Shown piece after piece: positions 30,858-40,339 of a stretch of DNA of 64,000 bases. Source of the stretch: a bacterium (GTDB taxonomy: Bacteria; SZUA-182; DTGQ01; JAFGSM01); contig JBLIRN010000004.1 in NCBI GenBank assembly GCA_049472315.1, positions 41,540-105,539 of the forward strand, given 5' to 3'. The notes under the pieces were generated by a model. The model searched no databases. It was not told the DNA's origin and was given only the letters and a program-made list of their open reading frames with translations. The position numbers were made by a program, and so were the translations under genes. How positions within the stretch are numbered: the stretch's first letter is position 1; the number at the start of each line of letters is the position of its first letter.

Positions 30858-32201
30858 ATGGGCAACAATAAGAAAAGATTTCCTTGTAATATCCTTTTTT
30901 TGATCGCATTGTTATGTTTTTTCATGCTACACGCGGCACCGTCGGTGTATGCGCAGTTTTTCCCGGTCGATCCCGCGCTCGGCGGTTTCGGATTCGGTGG
31001 CTTCGGATACAGCGGCTTCGGTGCACCGTTCTCTGGTTTCTACGGACCTCAGCAAGGCGCAGGATTCTATGCCCCTCAGTTTGCGCAACAAGGGGGATTC
31101 GCCTATCCGGGTGCAGGACTCAATCAGGGATATCTCCCTTCTGGGTCCGCCGCCTTTCCCAATGTACCCTATGTGCCGCTCTCATCGAATAGTTCCACTT
31201 CATCCAACTCCGATACCAGGACCTACCTATCTTATAATCAAGGCTATAATACCGGAATCAACACGGGATACAACCCCGGGTTTAACACGGGATACAACCC
31301 CGGGTTTAACACGGGATACAACCCCGGGTTCAACACGGGATACAACCCCGGGTTCCTGCCGGGCGGGTTGCCCACCACAGGAGCCTTCGGCCCGGCAGCG
31401 GCTATGTACGGGCAGCAGGCAGGAATCCAGCCATTCGGGTATTCCGGCTTTGCACCCGCAGCTGCCGCGGGATTCGCCCCCTTCGGACAGGCTGCCGGAA
31501 TAATGAATCCATTTATGGGCGGCATCGGTGCGCCCTTTGCCAACCCCTTTGCCGCACAAATGGGGCCGTTCATGCAGCCCGTCCAAATGGGTCCCTTCGG
31601 CCCTCAGATAATGACTCCCTGGAATCAAAATCTCATCCGGCAGCAGCAGGGCTTCAATCCATGGAACCCATATGCAGTGAATCCATACAACCCCTATCCC
31701 ACTACCGGGGACGATGACGACGATGACGACGACGACACTGCTGTCACGGATGACATCCCCGATATACGCGGCTACTGGTCCGGTACGTGGACGATCCTGG
31801 AAACCGATACCGATCCCAACGGCATGCAGATTATCGTGGAAGTGGCGGAAGGGGACATCCTCTTCCATGTCACCTATCAGAAAATGACCGGCGGCGAGCT
31901 CAGAGGAACGGTGGAGATCACCGGATGGGATGCCGGGGATTTCCCGGATTGGCACGGCGAGGAGGATCAGATAACGCTCACCGGGTGGATCGACAAGTAC
32001 AGCAGATTGCTCTATGCCCACTACTTCAATTTCACCGGGGATGAGCTCAAGAGCGATCTGTCCAATCTCATTTGCGACTATACCTGGAATTTCGATAATC
32101 TGAAGATTAAGGATACCGGTTTTTCCGGAAATTTCTCGATTCATGGAACCAACAACTACTATGCAATCGGTACCTTCAATGTAGGGAAATATTCACCATA
32201 A
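30858..32201 (+). CDS. Secreted protein with G/F/P/Y/Q/N-rich low-complexity region, poly-Asp linker and C-terminal beta-domain
   Basis: GAGGAGGT SD, signal peptide VYA|Q, NTGYNPGF repeats, a D9 tract, and a domain starting GYWSGTW. Confidence 0.82.
   Translation: MGNNKKRFPCNILFLIALLCFFMLHAAPSVYAQFFPVDPALGGFGFGGFGYSGFGAPFSGFYGPQQGAGFYAPQFAQQGGFAYPGAGLNQGYLPSGSAAFPNVPYVPLSSNSSTSSNSDTRTYLSYNQGYNTGINTGYNPGFNTGYNPGFNTGYNPGFNTGYNPGFLPGGLPTTGAFGPAAAMYGQQAGIQPFGYSGFAPAAAAGFAPFGQAAGIMNPFMGGIGAPFANPFAAQMGPFMQPVQMGPFGPQIMTPWNQNLIRQQQGFNPWNPYAVNPYNPYPTTGDDDDDDDDDTAVTDDIPDIRGYWSGTWTILETDTDPNGMQIIVEVAEGDILFHVTYQKMTGGELRGTVEITGWDAGDFPDWHGEEDQITLTGWIDKYSRLLYAHYFNFTGDELKSDLSNLICDYTWNFDNLKIKDTGFSGNFSIHGTNNYYAIGTFNVGKYSP
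31260..31355 (+). repeat. Intragenic tandem repeat, 4 x 24 bp (NTGYNPGF)
   Basis: aacacgggatacaaccccgggtt(t/c) repeated four times. Confidence 0.95.
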
Positions 32202-32244
32202 TAAACCGGCGCAGATTCTCTGCGGCGATAGAGAATGACGCGGA

Positions 32245-32279
32245 CGACGCCCGTCGATACTATTGACGGGCGTCGGTTT
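32245..32279 (+). terminator. Stem-loop/terminator after the 30858 gene
   Basis: cgacgcccgtcgat/attgacgggcgtcg followed by a short T run. Confidence 0.6.
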
Positions 32280-32432
32280 CCGCCAAAAGCGTAATTTTTT
32301 AAAATTTTTTCGCGTCATTAATGTCAGGAATGCTCTAGGTTTACCTTATTCATCTATCACGAAGGGGAGGTGAATTGATGCCAGTTTTTTAGCTATCTCT
32401 GTCTTTACGCAAAGAAAGGAGATTGTAAGGTT

Positions 32433-33614
32433 ATGAGTGAGAAAAGGTTATCGAGAGTCTTGGTTATCGGTTTGATCGCGGGTTTTGGAATTGTGTTGTC
32501 CATTAGTCTACCCGGGTACGCACAAATAGTTCCTCTGGTTCCTCCTATTCCTATCACTATGCAAACCAATTATGTGCAAACGACCCCCTTCACCACTTCA
32601 GCCATGAATTCGTCTTACTATCGCGACATCTATACCACATACGGGACCCAAAACACGGCATTTTCCAACCCCTTCGCCACCTACGGCTCTTCCTCCATGC
32701 TTTATACCGATCCATTTTCACAGGCGGCTTCCAATACCATGTCGTATCAAAATGTCTTTGGGCAACGCTTTGAAACAGGCCAGGAATTTTACAGGGACCC
32801 CTTCTATGCGGCCGGAGGGAAATATACGAATTATTCCTCTCTTATCGGAGGGTTCTCGTCTGAGATGGGGTATACCATGACCCCGTTTGGAGGCACCACC
32901 CACCTGGGGAGTTCATTGACCACACCGTGGACGCACATCGAGACGAATATCAATACGGCAGCGGGCATTGCAGGTGCCGGTACCAGCATCCAACACGCGG
33001 CATTCGGTATGCCTACCGTGTACAATATGATGGGATTTAATCCTGCGGTTGCAGGCCAATTGTCCCTCATGACCTATGGACACGAAACCGCAGCAATGGA
33101 CAGGATGCTGAGCAATACATACGCCTATACCAAGGAAGGGATGGCGTATATCCCCGTTGCCAGCTACTATAATGCAAACAGCGTGGGCGGCACGAACTAT
33201 TTCTTCGCCGGAGACATCAGCTATCAAGAGGCCGGAATAACCCCTGGCGGCAGCTATGCAGTAAATCAGGAGGTACCGTCTTCTCTTGTCGGCTATGCAG
33301 GCGCTTCATTGGTAACCTCTGCGGCCCTGTCCGGTGCCTTTCTCGGTGCCGGCGCTGCTACTGCTGCCCCATATGGAGGCTGGACCGGCGGCACGACTGC
33401 TGCCTCAACAGGCTCCGGCGCCATTTATGCCGGCTGGGGTGCGGCTCCTACCGGTTCGTTCGGCGTTGTTTCCGGCGGCTGGGGTGCACCTGCCGGTGGA
33501 TTTGCAACCGGCGGCGGTGTCTTTGCCGGAGGCGCAGGTCTTGCCGGCGCAGCATTTGGCATAGGAGGCGGAGGCGGAGGAGCCACCTACGGCGGCACCA
33601 ATGTGGGCTGGTAA
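32433..33614 (+). CDS. Secreted protein with cryptic 14-aa repeats and Gly/Ala-rich C-terminus
   Basis: AAGGAG SD, signal peptide GYA|Q, periodic [YF]x[DNT]PF motifs and a GGW/GGF-rich tail. Confidence 0.82.
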   Translation: MSEKRLSRVLVIGLIAGFGIVLSISLPGYAQIVPLVPPIPITMQTNYVQTTPFTTSAMNSSYYRDIYTTYGTQNTAFSNPFATYGSSSMLYTDPFSQAASNTMSYQNVFGQRFETGQEFYRDPFYAAGGKYTNYSSLIGGFSSEMGYTMTPFGGTTHLGSSLTTPWTHIETNINTAAGIAGAGTSIQHAAFGMPTVYNMMGFNPAVAGQLSLMTYGHETAAMDRMLSNTYAYTKEGMAYIPVASYYNANSVGGTNYFFAGDISYQEAGITPGGSYAVNQEVPSSLVGYAGASLVTSAALSGAFLGAGAATAAPYGGWTGGTTAASTGSGAIYAGWGAAPTGSFGVVSGGWGAPAGGFATGGGVFAGGAGLAGAAFGIGGGGGGATYGGTNVGW

Positions 33615-33678
33615 TAATGATGCCCTGTAAAAGGTAATTGATTTCGCCTTCATTGATTTTGATTTTTGCATGTTCACG

Positions 33679-33719
33679 GGCCCGGTTGAAGGAAATGACC
33701 CCTTCAAGCGGGCCTTTTT
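33679..33719 (+). terminator. Rho-independent terminator of the 32433 gene
   Basis: ggcccggttgaagg/ccttcaagcgggcc followed by T5. Confidence 0.75.
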
Positions 33720-33807
33720 GCACATCGGGCCCGTTCATCCACAGTCAAGCTGCGCGGTATCCCAGGGATTCTCATTGTACCATAGGCTTGTTGTGAGTGG
33801 ACATGTT

Positions 33808-33997
33808 TACGGAGCGATATAGGGAGGCTTTTTGTAAATTTTCTTGGCGAAGCGGAGCGTATAACACTGCACATGTCCGAGCGAAGCGAGTTTGTACAAT
33901 ATAGCGGAGCGAGCTTAGAAAATTAAAAAAGCCTGGCCGTCTAGCTGAGTGAATATATCCACCCACAAACCTCGATTAAAGATTCAAAATGGGAATC
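33808..33997. repeat. Palindromic REP/MITE-like element (family B)
   Basis: Imperfect IR aggctttttgtaaattttct (33825-33844) / agaaaattaaaaaagcct (33917-33934) encloses two GCGAAGC motifs. The right part is homologous to the reverse complement of 40103-40191. Confidence 0.7.
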
Positions 33998-34100
33998 GTC
34001 AGCCGTAGTGCCTCTGCTTGAGAAACGACATGAATGCAAGCGTTACCCATTTGACTCTTCGAAAACCTTAGGCTATCCTCTCAGGTAACAAGGAGGATAC

Positions 34101-34928
34101 ATGGGCGTCATCACCCGCAATCTTGAACAGGCATCCGGCCTGTATCTATTATCCGTTGAATTTCCCGAAAACAGGCAGCAACCCGAACCGGGTCAATTCT
34201 ATATGCTCCGCTGCAGCCCCTGCACCGATCCCCTTCTCAGACGACCGCTGAGCATCCATGGATATTGCGCAGAAGGCGAGAGAGGGAACCCTCGGTGTGA
34301 TTTCCTCTACCGGGTGGCGGGAAAGGGGACCGCGCTTCTGTCGCGCATGGGACCGGCGGACCCTCTGGATGTCATGGGCCCCCTGGGCACGGGATTCGAC
34401 CTTCCCCCCTCCCTGGAATATGCACTGCTCATCGCCGGGGGTATCGGCATCGCCCCCCTGCCCTACCTTGCCGAGCGCCTTGCCGAGAAAAACACCTCCA
34501 CCCATATCCGTCTGCTCTTCGGGGCACAAACCGCGGAACACATTATCGCCATAGAACGCTTCAACCGGCCGGAAATGGAGGTCTCCCTATACACCGAGGA
34601 CGGGACCATGGGAAGGAAGGGGTGCGTCACCGACGATCTGGGCACGGAACTGAAGGCCTGTCACCCGGGGCGGTCCATGGTCTTTGCCTGCGGTCCTGAT
34701 GGGATGCTCGACGCGGTGGCGCGGCAATGCATCGATGCGAAAATCCCTTGTCAGGTATCCCTGGATCGACACATGGCGTGCGGTGTTGGTGCATGCCAGG
34801 GGTGCGTGGTGAAGGGGGCGCACCAGGGGAAGACCAGGGGGAGACCCTATGTGCGGGTATGCAGCGACGGCCCGGTGTTTGAAGCCAGGCAGATCATGTG
34901 GTCAGGAGGGGAACAGTGCCCTCGTTAG
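34101..34928 (+). CDS. pyrK: Dihydroorotate dehydrogenase electron transfer subunit
   Basis: PGQF.ML, RRPLS, GGIGIAP, CGP and MACGVGACQGC...VC.DGPVF. Confidence 0.95.
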   Translation: MGVITRNLEQASGLYLLSVEFPENRQQPEPGQFYMLRCSPCTDPLLRRPLSIHGYCAEGERGNPRCDFLYRVAGKGTALLSRMGPADPLDVMGPLGTGFDLPPSLEYALLIAGGIGIAPLPYLAERLAEKNTSTHIRLLFGAQTAEHIIAIERFNRPEMEVSLYTEDGTMGRKGCVTDDLGTELKACHPGRSMVFACGPDGMLDAVARQCIDAKIPCQVSLDRHMACGVGACQGCVVKGAHQGKTRGRPYVRVCSDGPVFEARQIMWSGGEQCPR

Positions 34929-35848
34929 CGGTTTTATTTGCAGGACTCACCCTCAAGAATCCCGTAGTGCTCGCCTCAGGCACCTGCGGATACGGGGTGG
35001 AATATGCCCCGTTCCTCGACCTCAACCGCCTCGGTGGGATCGTGGTCAAGGGGATCTCCCTCGCCCCCAGGCAGGGAAATCCCCCTCCCAGGATCATCGA
35101 GACACCCTCGGGCATGCTCAACGCCATCGGGCTTCAAAACATAGGATGGCGCGCCTTTGTGACCGAGTATCTGCCCAGACTTTCCGCATTCGAGACCAAG
35201 GTCATCGTGAACATCTACGGTCACACCGTCGGGGAGTACCGCGAGGTGGCGCAGCGGCTCTCGGAGCATCCGGGGATCCATGCCCTGGAGATCAATGTCT
35301 CCTGCCCGAATGTAGACAAGGGAGGGCTCGCCTTTGGAACGGACCCTGCCTGCACCTTTCAGGTCACCGAGGCGGTCAAAAAGGCGACCCATCTGCCGGT
35401 CATCACCAAGCTCTCCCCGAACGTGACGGATATCCGCCCCATTGCCAAGGCTGCGGAGGAGGCGGGTGCGGATGCCCTCTCCCTCATCAATACCCTCCTG
35501 GGAATGACCGTGGATGTCCGCACGAGACGCCCGCACCTTGCCAACATCACCGGCGGTCTCTCAGGCCCGGCCATCCGGCCGGTGGCCCTGCGCATGGTGT
35601 GGGAGGCGGCCAGGGCCGTTTCCCTGCCGATCATAGGCATGGGAGGGATCATGAATGCCGAGGATGCACTCGCCTTCCTCATGGTAGGCGCCACGGCCGT
35701 TCAGATAGGCACCGGCCTCTTTGTGGACCCAAGCTGTCCGGTCAGGGTTCTGGATGGAATGCAGGCATTCCTGGTCGAGGAGGGGATCGAGGATATCCGG
35801 CAGATCATAGGAGGCCTCGACACCTCACCGGCAAGGGATGATCGATGA
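34916..35848 (+). CDS. pyrD: Dihydroorotate dehydrogenase family 1B catalytic subunit
   Basis: NPVVLASGT, GMLNAIGLQN, NVSCPN, KLSPN and GGLSGPAI, with a GTG start after GGAGG. Confidence 0.95.
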   Translation: MPSLAVLFAGLTLKNPVVLASGTCGYGVEYAPFLDLNRLGGIVVKGISLAPRQGNPPPRIIETPSGMLNAIGLQNIGWRAFVTEYLPRLSAFETKVIVNIYGHTVGEYREVAQRLSEHPGIHALEINVSCPNVDKGGLAFGTDPACTFQVTEAVKKATHLPVITKLSPNVTDIRPIAKAAEEAGADALSLINTLLGMTVDVRTRRPHLANITGGLSGPAIRPVALRMVWEAARAVSLPIIGMGGIMNAEDALAFLMVGATAVQIGTGLFVDPSCPVRVLDGMQAFLVEEGIEDIRQIIGGLDTSPARDDR

Positions 35849-37596
35849 TCCCCGCCCGATGGACCTTCAGGGAACCATCATCCGGCGAGACGATCGATCG
35901 GCTGGCCAGGGCACTGGACCTGCATCCGGTGGTATGTCAAATACTCGCCCAGCGCGGATTCGAAACCCCCGAATCGATCACCGGGTTTCTCCGGCCCGAC
36001 CTGACCTCGATACACAACCCCTTTCTTTTAAAAGATATGCACCATGCGGTGGAACGGATCGATCATGCCCTGAAAAAGGGGCACCCCATGCTCGTGTACG
36101 GTGACTACGATGTTGACGGCATCACTGCATCGGCGATGCTGGCCGAGTGCCTCACCGGATACGGCGGGAATGTACAGGTCCGCCTCCCCAACCGGGTCAC
36201 CGAGGGATACGGCCTTCACCCCCGGGTGATCGAAGAGGCACACCGCAACGGCATCACCTTGATCATCACCGTGGATTGCGGCACATCGGATCATGAGGCG
36301 GCCACACGTGCGCGCGACCTGGGGATCGATCTCATCATCACGGATCACCACCATCCTCCGGATACCCTTCCCGAGGCTGCCGCCCTCATCAATCCCAAAC
36401 AACCGGATTGCCCGTATCCCTATAAGGACCTTGCCGGGGTCGGGGTGGCGCTCAAGCTGGTGCAGGCCCTTGCCCTTTCCCGCCAGGGACGGCAGATGAG
36501 TCTTCACCAGGTGGGATACTGGCCTGAGGCGCTCAACCGATACCTGGACCTGGTGTGCCTGGGGACGATTGCGGACGTCATGCCCCTCACCGGGGAGAAC
36601 AGGGTGCTGGTGAAGTTCGGCCTGGAGGCACTGCGCGATACCACACGGCCCGGCCTATGGGCGCTCAAGGAGGCCACCGGGATCAATGGAAAGGAGATGA
36701 CCTCAGGAGCAGTGGGATTCGTACTCGCCCCCAGGATCAATGCCACCGGAAGGTTGCAGGGGCCCGAGGCGGGGCTGCGGCTCCTCATGACACCCTCCCC
36801 TCAGGAGGGGGAGCACCTCGCCCGCCTTTTGAATCAACAGAATCAAAAACGACGCGAGGTCGAGGAGGGCATCCTGCGCACCGCACACCGCAAGATCAAG
36901 GAGGAGTTGGATCTCGATGCGGAGATGGCGATCATCCTTGCCGATCCCGACTGGCATCCGGGGGTTATCGGTATCGTGGCCCAGAAGCTGGTAGAAGAGT
37001 TCTACCGCCCTACCATCCTCATTTCTTTGCAATCCGGGATCGGAAAGGGATCGGCACGCTCCATACCCTGCATCCATCTCTATGCATTGCTCGATCATTG
37101 CCGACACCTGTTGAAGGACTTCGGGGGACATGCCCGTGCCGCCGGTCTCACCATCGACGAGGGGATGATCCCCGCCTTCAGGAAGCGGGCAAACGAGGTC
37201 CTGAACGAGCAATACATCAGGGAGGAACTGGTACCGGAGATGACCATCGACGCCGTCATCGACGGGCATTCCCTCGACTCCTCCCTCATCGAGCAGTTGG
37301 AGATCCTCGGTCCCTTCGGAAGCTCGAACCCTGAACCCGCCCTCTGCCTGAAGGGATTGTGCTCGACAGCCCCTCCCCGCCTCCTGAAGGACGCACACCT
37401 CAAGATCCGTTTCAGGGGTGCTTCGGGGATCCACGAGGCCATCGGCTTCAACATGCGGCATGTGTGGGAGCGGATGACCGGTTCCCTGGGGGAGCGTGCC
37501 TGGGATGTGGTCTTTTACCCCCAAATCAACAATTGGCAGGGAGTACGCACCATTCAACTCCGGCTCAAGGACATAAAGGCCCATGATTCGCATTGA
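35845..37596 (+). CDS. recJ: Single-stranded DNA exonuclease RecJ
   Basis: GDYDVDG, TVDCG, TDHH, PRINA.GR, GSARS and GGH..AAG. Confidence 0.96.
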   Translation: MIPARWTFREPSSGETIDRLARALDLHPVVCQILAQRGFETPESITGFLRPDLTSIHNPFLLKDMHHAVERIDHALKKGHPMLVYGDYDVDGITASAMLAECLTGYGGNVQVRLPNRVTEGYGLHPRVIEEAHRNGITLIITVDCGTSDHEAATRARDLGIDLIITDHHHPPDTLPEAAALINPKQPDCPYPYKDLAGVGVALKLVQALALSRQGRQMSLHQVGYWPEALNRYLDLVCLGTIADVMPLTGENRVLVKFGLEALRDTTRPGLWALKEATGINGKEMTSGAVGFVLAPRINATGRLQGPEAGLRLLMTPSPQEGEHLARLLNQQNQKRREVEEGILRTAHRKIKEELDLDAEMAIILADPDWHPGVIGIVAQKLVEEFYRPTILISLQSGIGKGSARSIPCIHLYALLDHCRHLLKDFGGHARAAGLTIDEGMIPAFRKRANEVLNEQYIREELVPEMTIDAVIDGHSLDSSLIEQLEILGPFGSSNPEPALCLKGLCSTAPPRLLKDAHLKIRFRGASGIHEAIGFNMRHVWERMTGSLGERAWDVVFYPQINNWQGVRTIQLRLKDIKAHDSH

Positions 37597-39730
37597 GGAC
37601 ATCACGGACCGGGTTCGATCGTATATCCCCGATCCGGATATCGATATCATAAACCGCGCCTATATCTTTTCGGCAAAGGTCCACAAGGGCCAGACCCGCG
37701 CGTCGGGCGGTCCCTACCTGGAACATCCCCTCGAGGTATCCGGTATTCTGGCAGGAATGAAACTGGACGAGGTAACGGTTTCCGCAGGGCTCCTCCACGA
37801 CACCGTCGAGGACACCCTGACCGGCATCAACCAGATCGAGGACCTCTTCGGTGCGGAAATCGCCTTTATCGTCGACGGATTGAGCAAAATCGGCCAGATA
37901 TCCTTCGAAAGCCAGGCAGCCGAGCAGGCGGAGAATTACAGAAAGATGATCCTGGCGATCGCCAAGGACATCCGGGTCATCTTGATAAAACTGGCAGACC
38001 GCCTCCACAATATGAGGACCCTGCACTTCCTGGGTGAACCGAGCAGGAGGCGCATCGCCCAGGAGACCATGGATATCTATGCCCCCTTTGCCAATCGGCT
38101 TGGTATGGCACGTATCAAATCAGAGCTCGAGGACCTCTCCTTCAAATACCTGGAGCCGGAGATCTACGAGGAACTGGTAAGAAACATCGAAAGCACCAAG
38201 AAGGAGACCATGCGGCTGATCGAGGAGGCCATCGGGATCATTACCAAGGAACTCGAGACATTCGGCATATCCTGCACCGTGTACGGCAGGCCCAAGCACA
38301 TCTACAGCATCTATCAAAAGATGATGAGGAAGGAGATCTCCTTCGAACATGTCTTCGATCAGCGTGGCATCAGGATCATCACCGAGTCGGTGAAGGACTG
38401 CTACGCAGTCCTGGGGGTCATCCATTCCCTGTGGAGGCCTGTGCCCGGGGAATTCGACGATTACATCGCCATGCCAAAACCAAACATGTATCAATCCCTG
38501 CACACGGTGGTCATCGGTCCCGGGGTGCAACCCCTGGAGATCCAGATACGCACCGATGAGATGAACAAAACCGCAGAGGAAGGAATCGCGGCTCACTGGC
38601 GTTACAAGGAAAAGGGGAAGATCGACGACAAATACGACCAAAAGCTCTTCTGGTTACGACAGTTGATGGAGTGGGTGCAGGAGCTGAAGGACCCCAACGA
38701 ATTCCTCCGCATGATGAAGGTGGACCTCTTCCAGGACGAGGTCTTCGTATTCACCCCCAAGGGGGAGGTCAAGGGGCTTCCCAAGGATGCCACCCCAGTG
38801 GATTTTGCATACAGCATCCACACGGACGTCGGAGACCACTGTGTCGGCGCCATCGTCAACGGGAAGATCGTGCCGTTGAATTCCACACTCAAGACCGGGG
38901 ATGTGATCAAGATCAATACCTCCGCGAACCATAAACCGAACAGGGATTGGCTCAAATTCGTGAAATCGCCGAAGGCGATGCAGAAGATCAAGCACTGGAT
39001 CAAGGTGGAGGAGCGGCAGAGGAGCATATCCCTTGGAAGGGACATCCTGGACAAGGTGGCGCGAAAATACGACCTCACCTACAACAAGCTCCTCCACGAG
39101 GGGATGATCACCCAGGCGGCCAGAAGATTCTCCTACCAGGGCATCGAGGAATTCCTCGCGGACATCGGATATGGGAAGATCTCGGCAAAGCAGGTCATCC
39201 AATACATTGCGCCGCATGAACATCCGAAGGAGAAGAAGGAGGCATCTGCGGTTCAAAAGGCGGTTCGCCACATTACCAGGAAAAAGAAGGAAGGTGTCAG
39301 CATAAAGGGGCTTGATGACGTACTGGTGCGTTTTGCAAAATGCTGCAATCCTGTGCCCGGGGATCCGATATGCGGTTTCATCACCCGGGGAAAGGGGATC
39401 ACCGTGCACCGGGTGGACTGCCCAAACAGTCAATCCCTCGGGCTCGGCTCGGACCGCCAGATCGAGGTTGCATGGGATGTTAAGGACCACCGGCCCTTCC
39501 CTGTGGGGCTCACTGTCATCTCACTTGATCGCAGGGGGCTGCTCGCGGATATCACCACTGCCATTTCAAATCAAAAGGGGAACATCATATCGGCGAGTGT
39601 GAAGACCACGGAGCATCAGTCGGCAGTCAGCAACTTCATGATCGAGATCACCGATCTGGATCATCTGAAAAGGATCATAAACACCGTCCGCAGGATTTCC
39701 GGGGTCGTCCAGGTGGAGCGGACCCGGTAA
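37583..39730 (+). CDS. relA: Long RelA/SpoT homolog, (p)ppGpp synthetase/hydrolase
   Basis: HD domain LLHDTVED, PKPNMYQSLHT, TGS, CC.PVPGD and an ACT domain. Confidence 0.95.
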   Translation: MIRIEDITDRVRSYIPDPDIDIINRAYIFSAKVHKGQTRASGGPYLEHPLEVSGILAGMKLDEVTVSAGLLHDTVEDTLTGINQIEDLFGAEIAFIVDGLSKIGQISFESQAAEQAENYRKMILAIAKDIRVILIKLADRLHNMRTLHFLGEPSRRRIAQETMDIYAPFANRLGMARIKSELEDLSFKYLEPEIYEELVRNIESTKKETMRLIEEAIGIITKELETFGISCTVYGRPKHIYSIYQKMMRKEISFEHVFDQRGIRIITESVKDCYAVLGVIHSLWRPVPGEFDDYIAMPKPNMYQSLHTVVIGPGVQPLEIQIRTDEMNKTAEEGIAAHWRYKEKGKIDDKYDQKLFWLRQLMEWVQELKDPNEFLRMMKVDLFQDEVFVFTPKGEVKGLPKDATPVDFAYSIHTDVGDHCVGAIVNGKIVPLNSTLKTGDVIKINTSANHKPNRDWLKFVKSPKAMQKIKHWIKVEERQRSISLGRDILDKVARKYDLTYNKLLHEGMITQAARRFSYQGIEEFLADIGYGKISAKQVIQYIAPHEHPKEKKEASAVQKAVRHITRKKKEGVSIKGLDDVLVRFAKCCNPVPGDPICGFITRGKGITVHRVDCPNSQSLGLGSDRQIEVAWDVKDHRPFPVGLTVISLDRRGLLADITTAISNQKGNIISASVKTTEHQSAVSNFMIEITDLDHLKRIINTVRRISGVVQVERTR

Positions 39731-39746
39731 ATCATATTGCGCCTGC

Positions 39747-39938
39747 CTATATGGCCTTTACCACCTTTTGTGCCTTGATGCATCGTGTGCACACCTTCAT
39801 CCGTCGAACGCTCCCCCCCTGCAGGACCTTTATCGACTGGATATTGGGAAGCCACCTGCGCTTTGTTTTGTTGTGTGCGTGGCTCACACTGAAACCGATG
39901 CCAGGGCCCTTACCACAGATATCACACCGTCTGGACAT
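39747..39938 (-). CDS. rpmB: 50S ribosomal protein L28
   Basis: [10 protein letters not shown]...[15 protein letters not shown]...VCTRC. Confidence 0.96.
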   Translation of the reverse strand: MSRRCDICGKGPGIGFSVSHAHNKTKRRWLPNIQSIKVLQGGSVRRMKVCTRCIKAQKVVKAI

Positions 39939-40102
39939 GTTCATTTCCCTCCAACACCAAACTCAATATCGATTCGGGTCCCATCTGGTCTTTCCCCATG
40001 AACCCTCTTCGCGTACAAGTGCCTGGATGTTTTGACATAACAAAGTTTAATATGATAGCATTCTTTTTCTTATGTTGCAAACGCCTCCGGAGGGGGTTCG
40101 GT

Positions 40103-40252
40103 GATTCCAATTTTAGCAGAGTTTCGTTGTTGGCAGACATAGTTACTCCGCTGGACGGGAAGGCTTTTTTAATTTTCTAAGGCTCGCTCCGTAACCATGC
40201 CTGCCCCAACTCCCGGGCTGACGATTCAATATTGGTATTGCCGGGGCGAGCC
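40103..40252. repeat. Second (inverted) copy of family B element plus a 72-bp unit bounded by 11-bp inverted repeats
   Basis: The reverse complement cggagcgagccttagaaaattaaaaaagcct..ccgtc.agc.gagt matches 33905 onward. The IR is ggctcgctccg (40181) / cggggcgagcc (40252). Confidence 0.65.
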
Positions 40253-40339
40253 AATGAGAGAAACACCCTTGTTAACTATGAACACTTCATGCGACATGCA
40301 TGAACAGAGGGACGGGGATCTTTCCCTATGAGGGGCACC

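Noticed and set aside
40075..40105. c-di-GMP-I riboswitch (gcaaacgcctccgg resembles part of the consensus)
   Set aside because: The upstream GGCAAA/GAAA tetraloop stem is missing.
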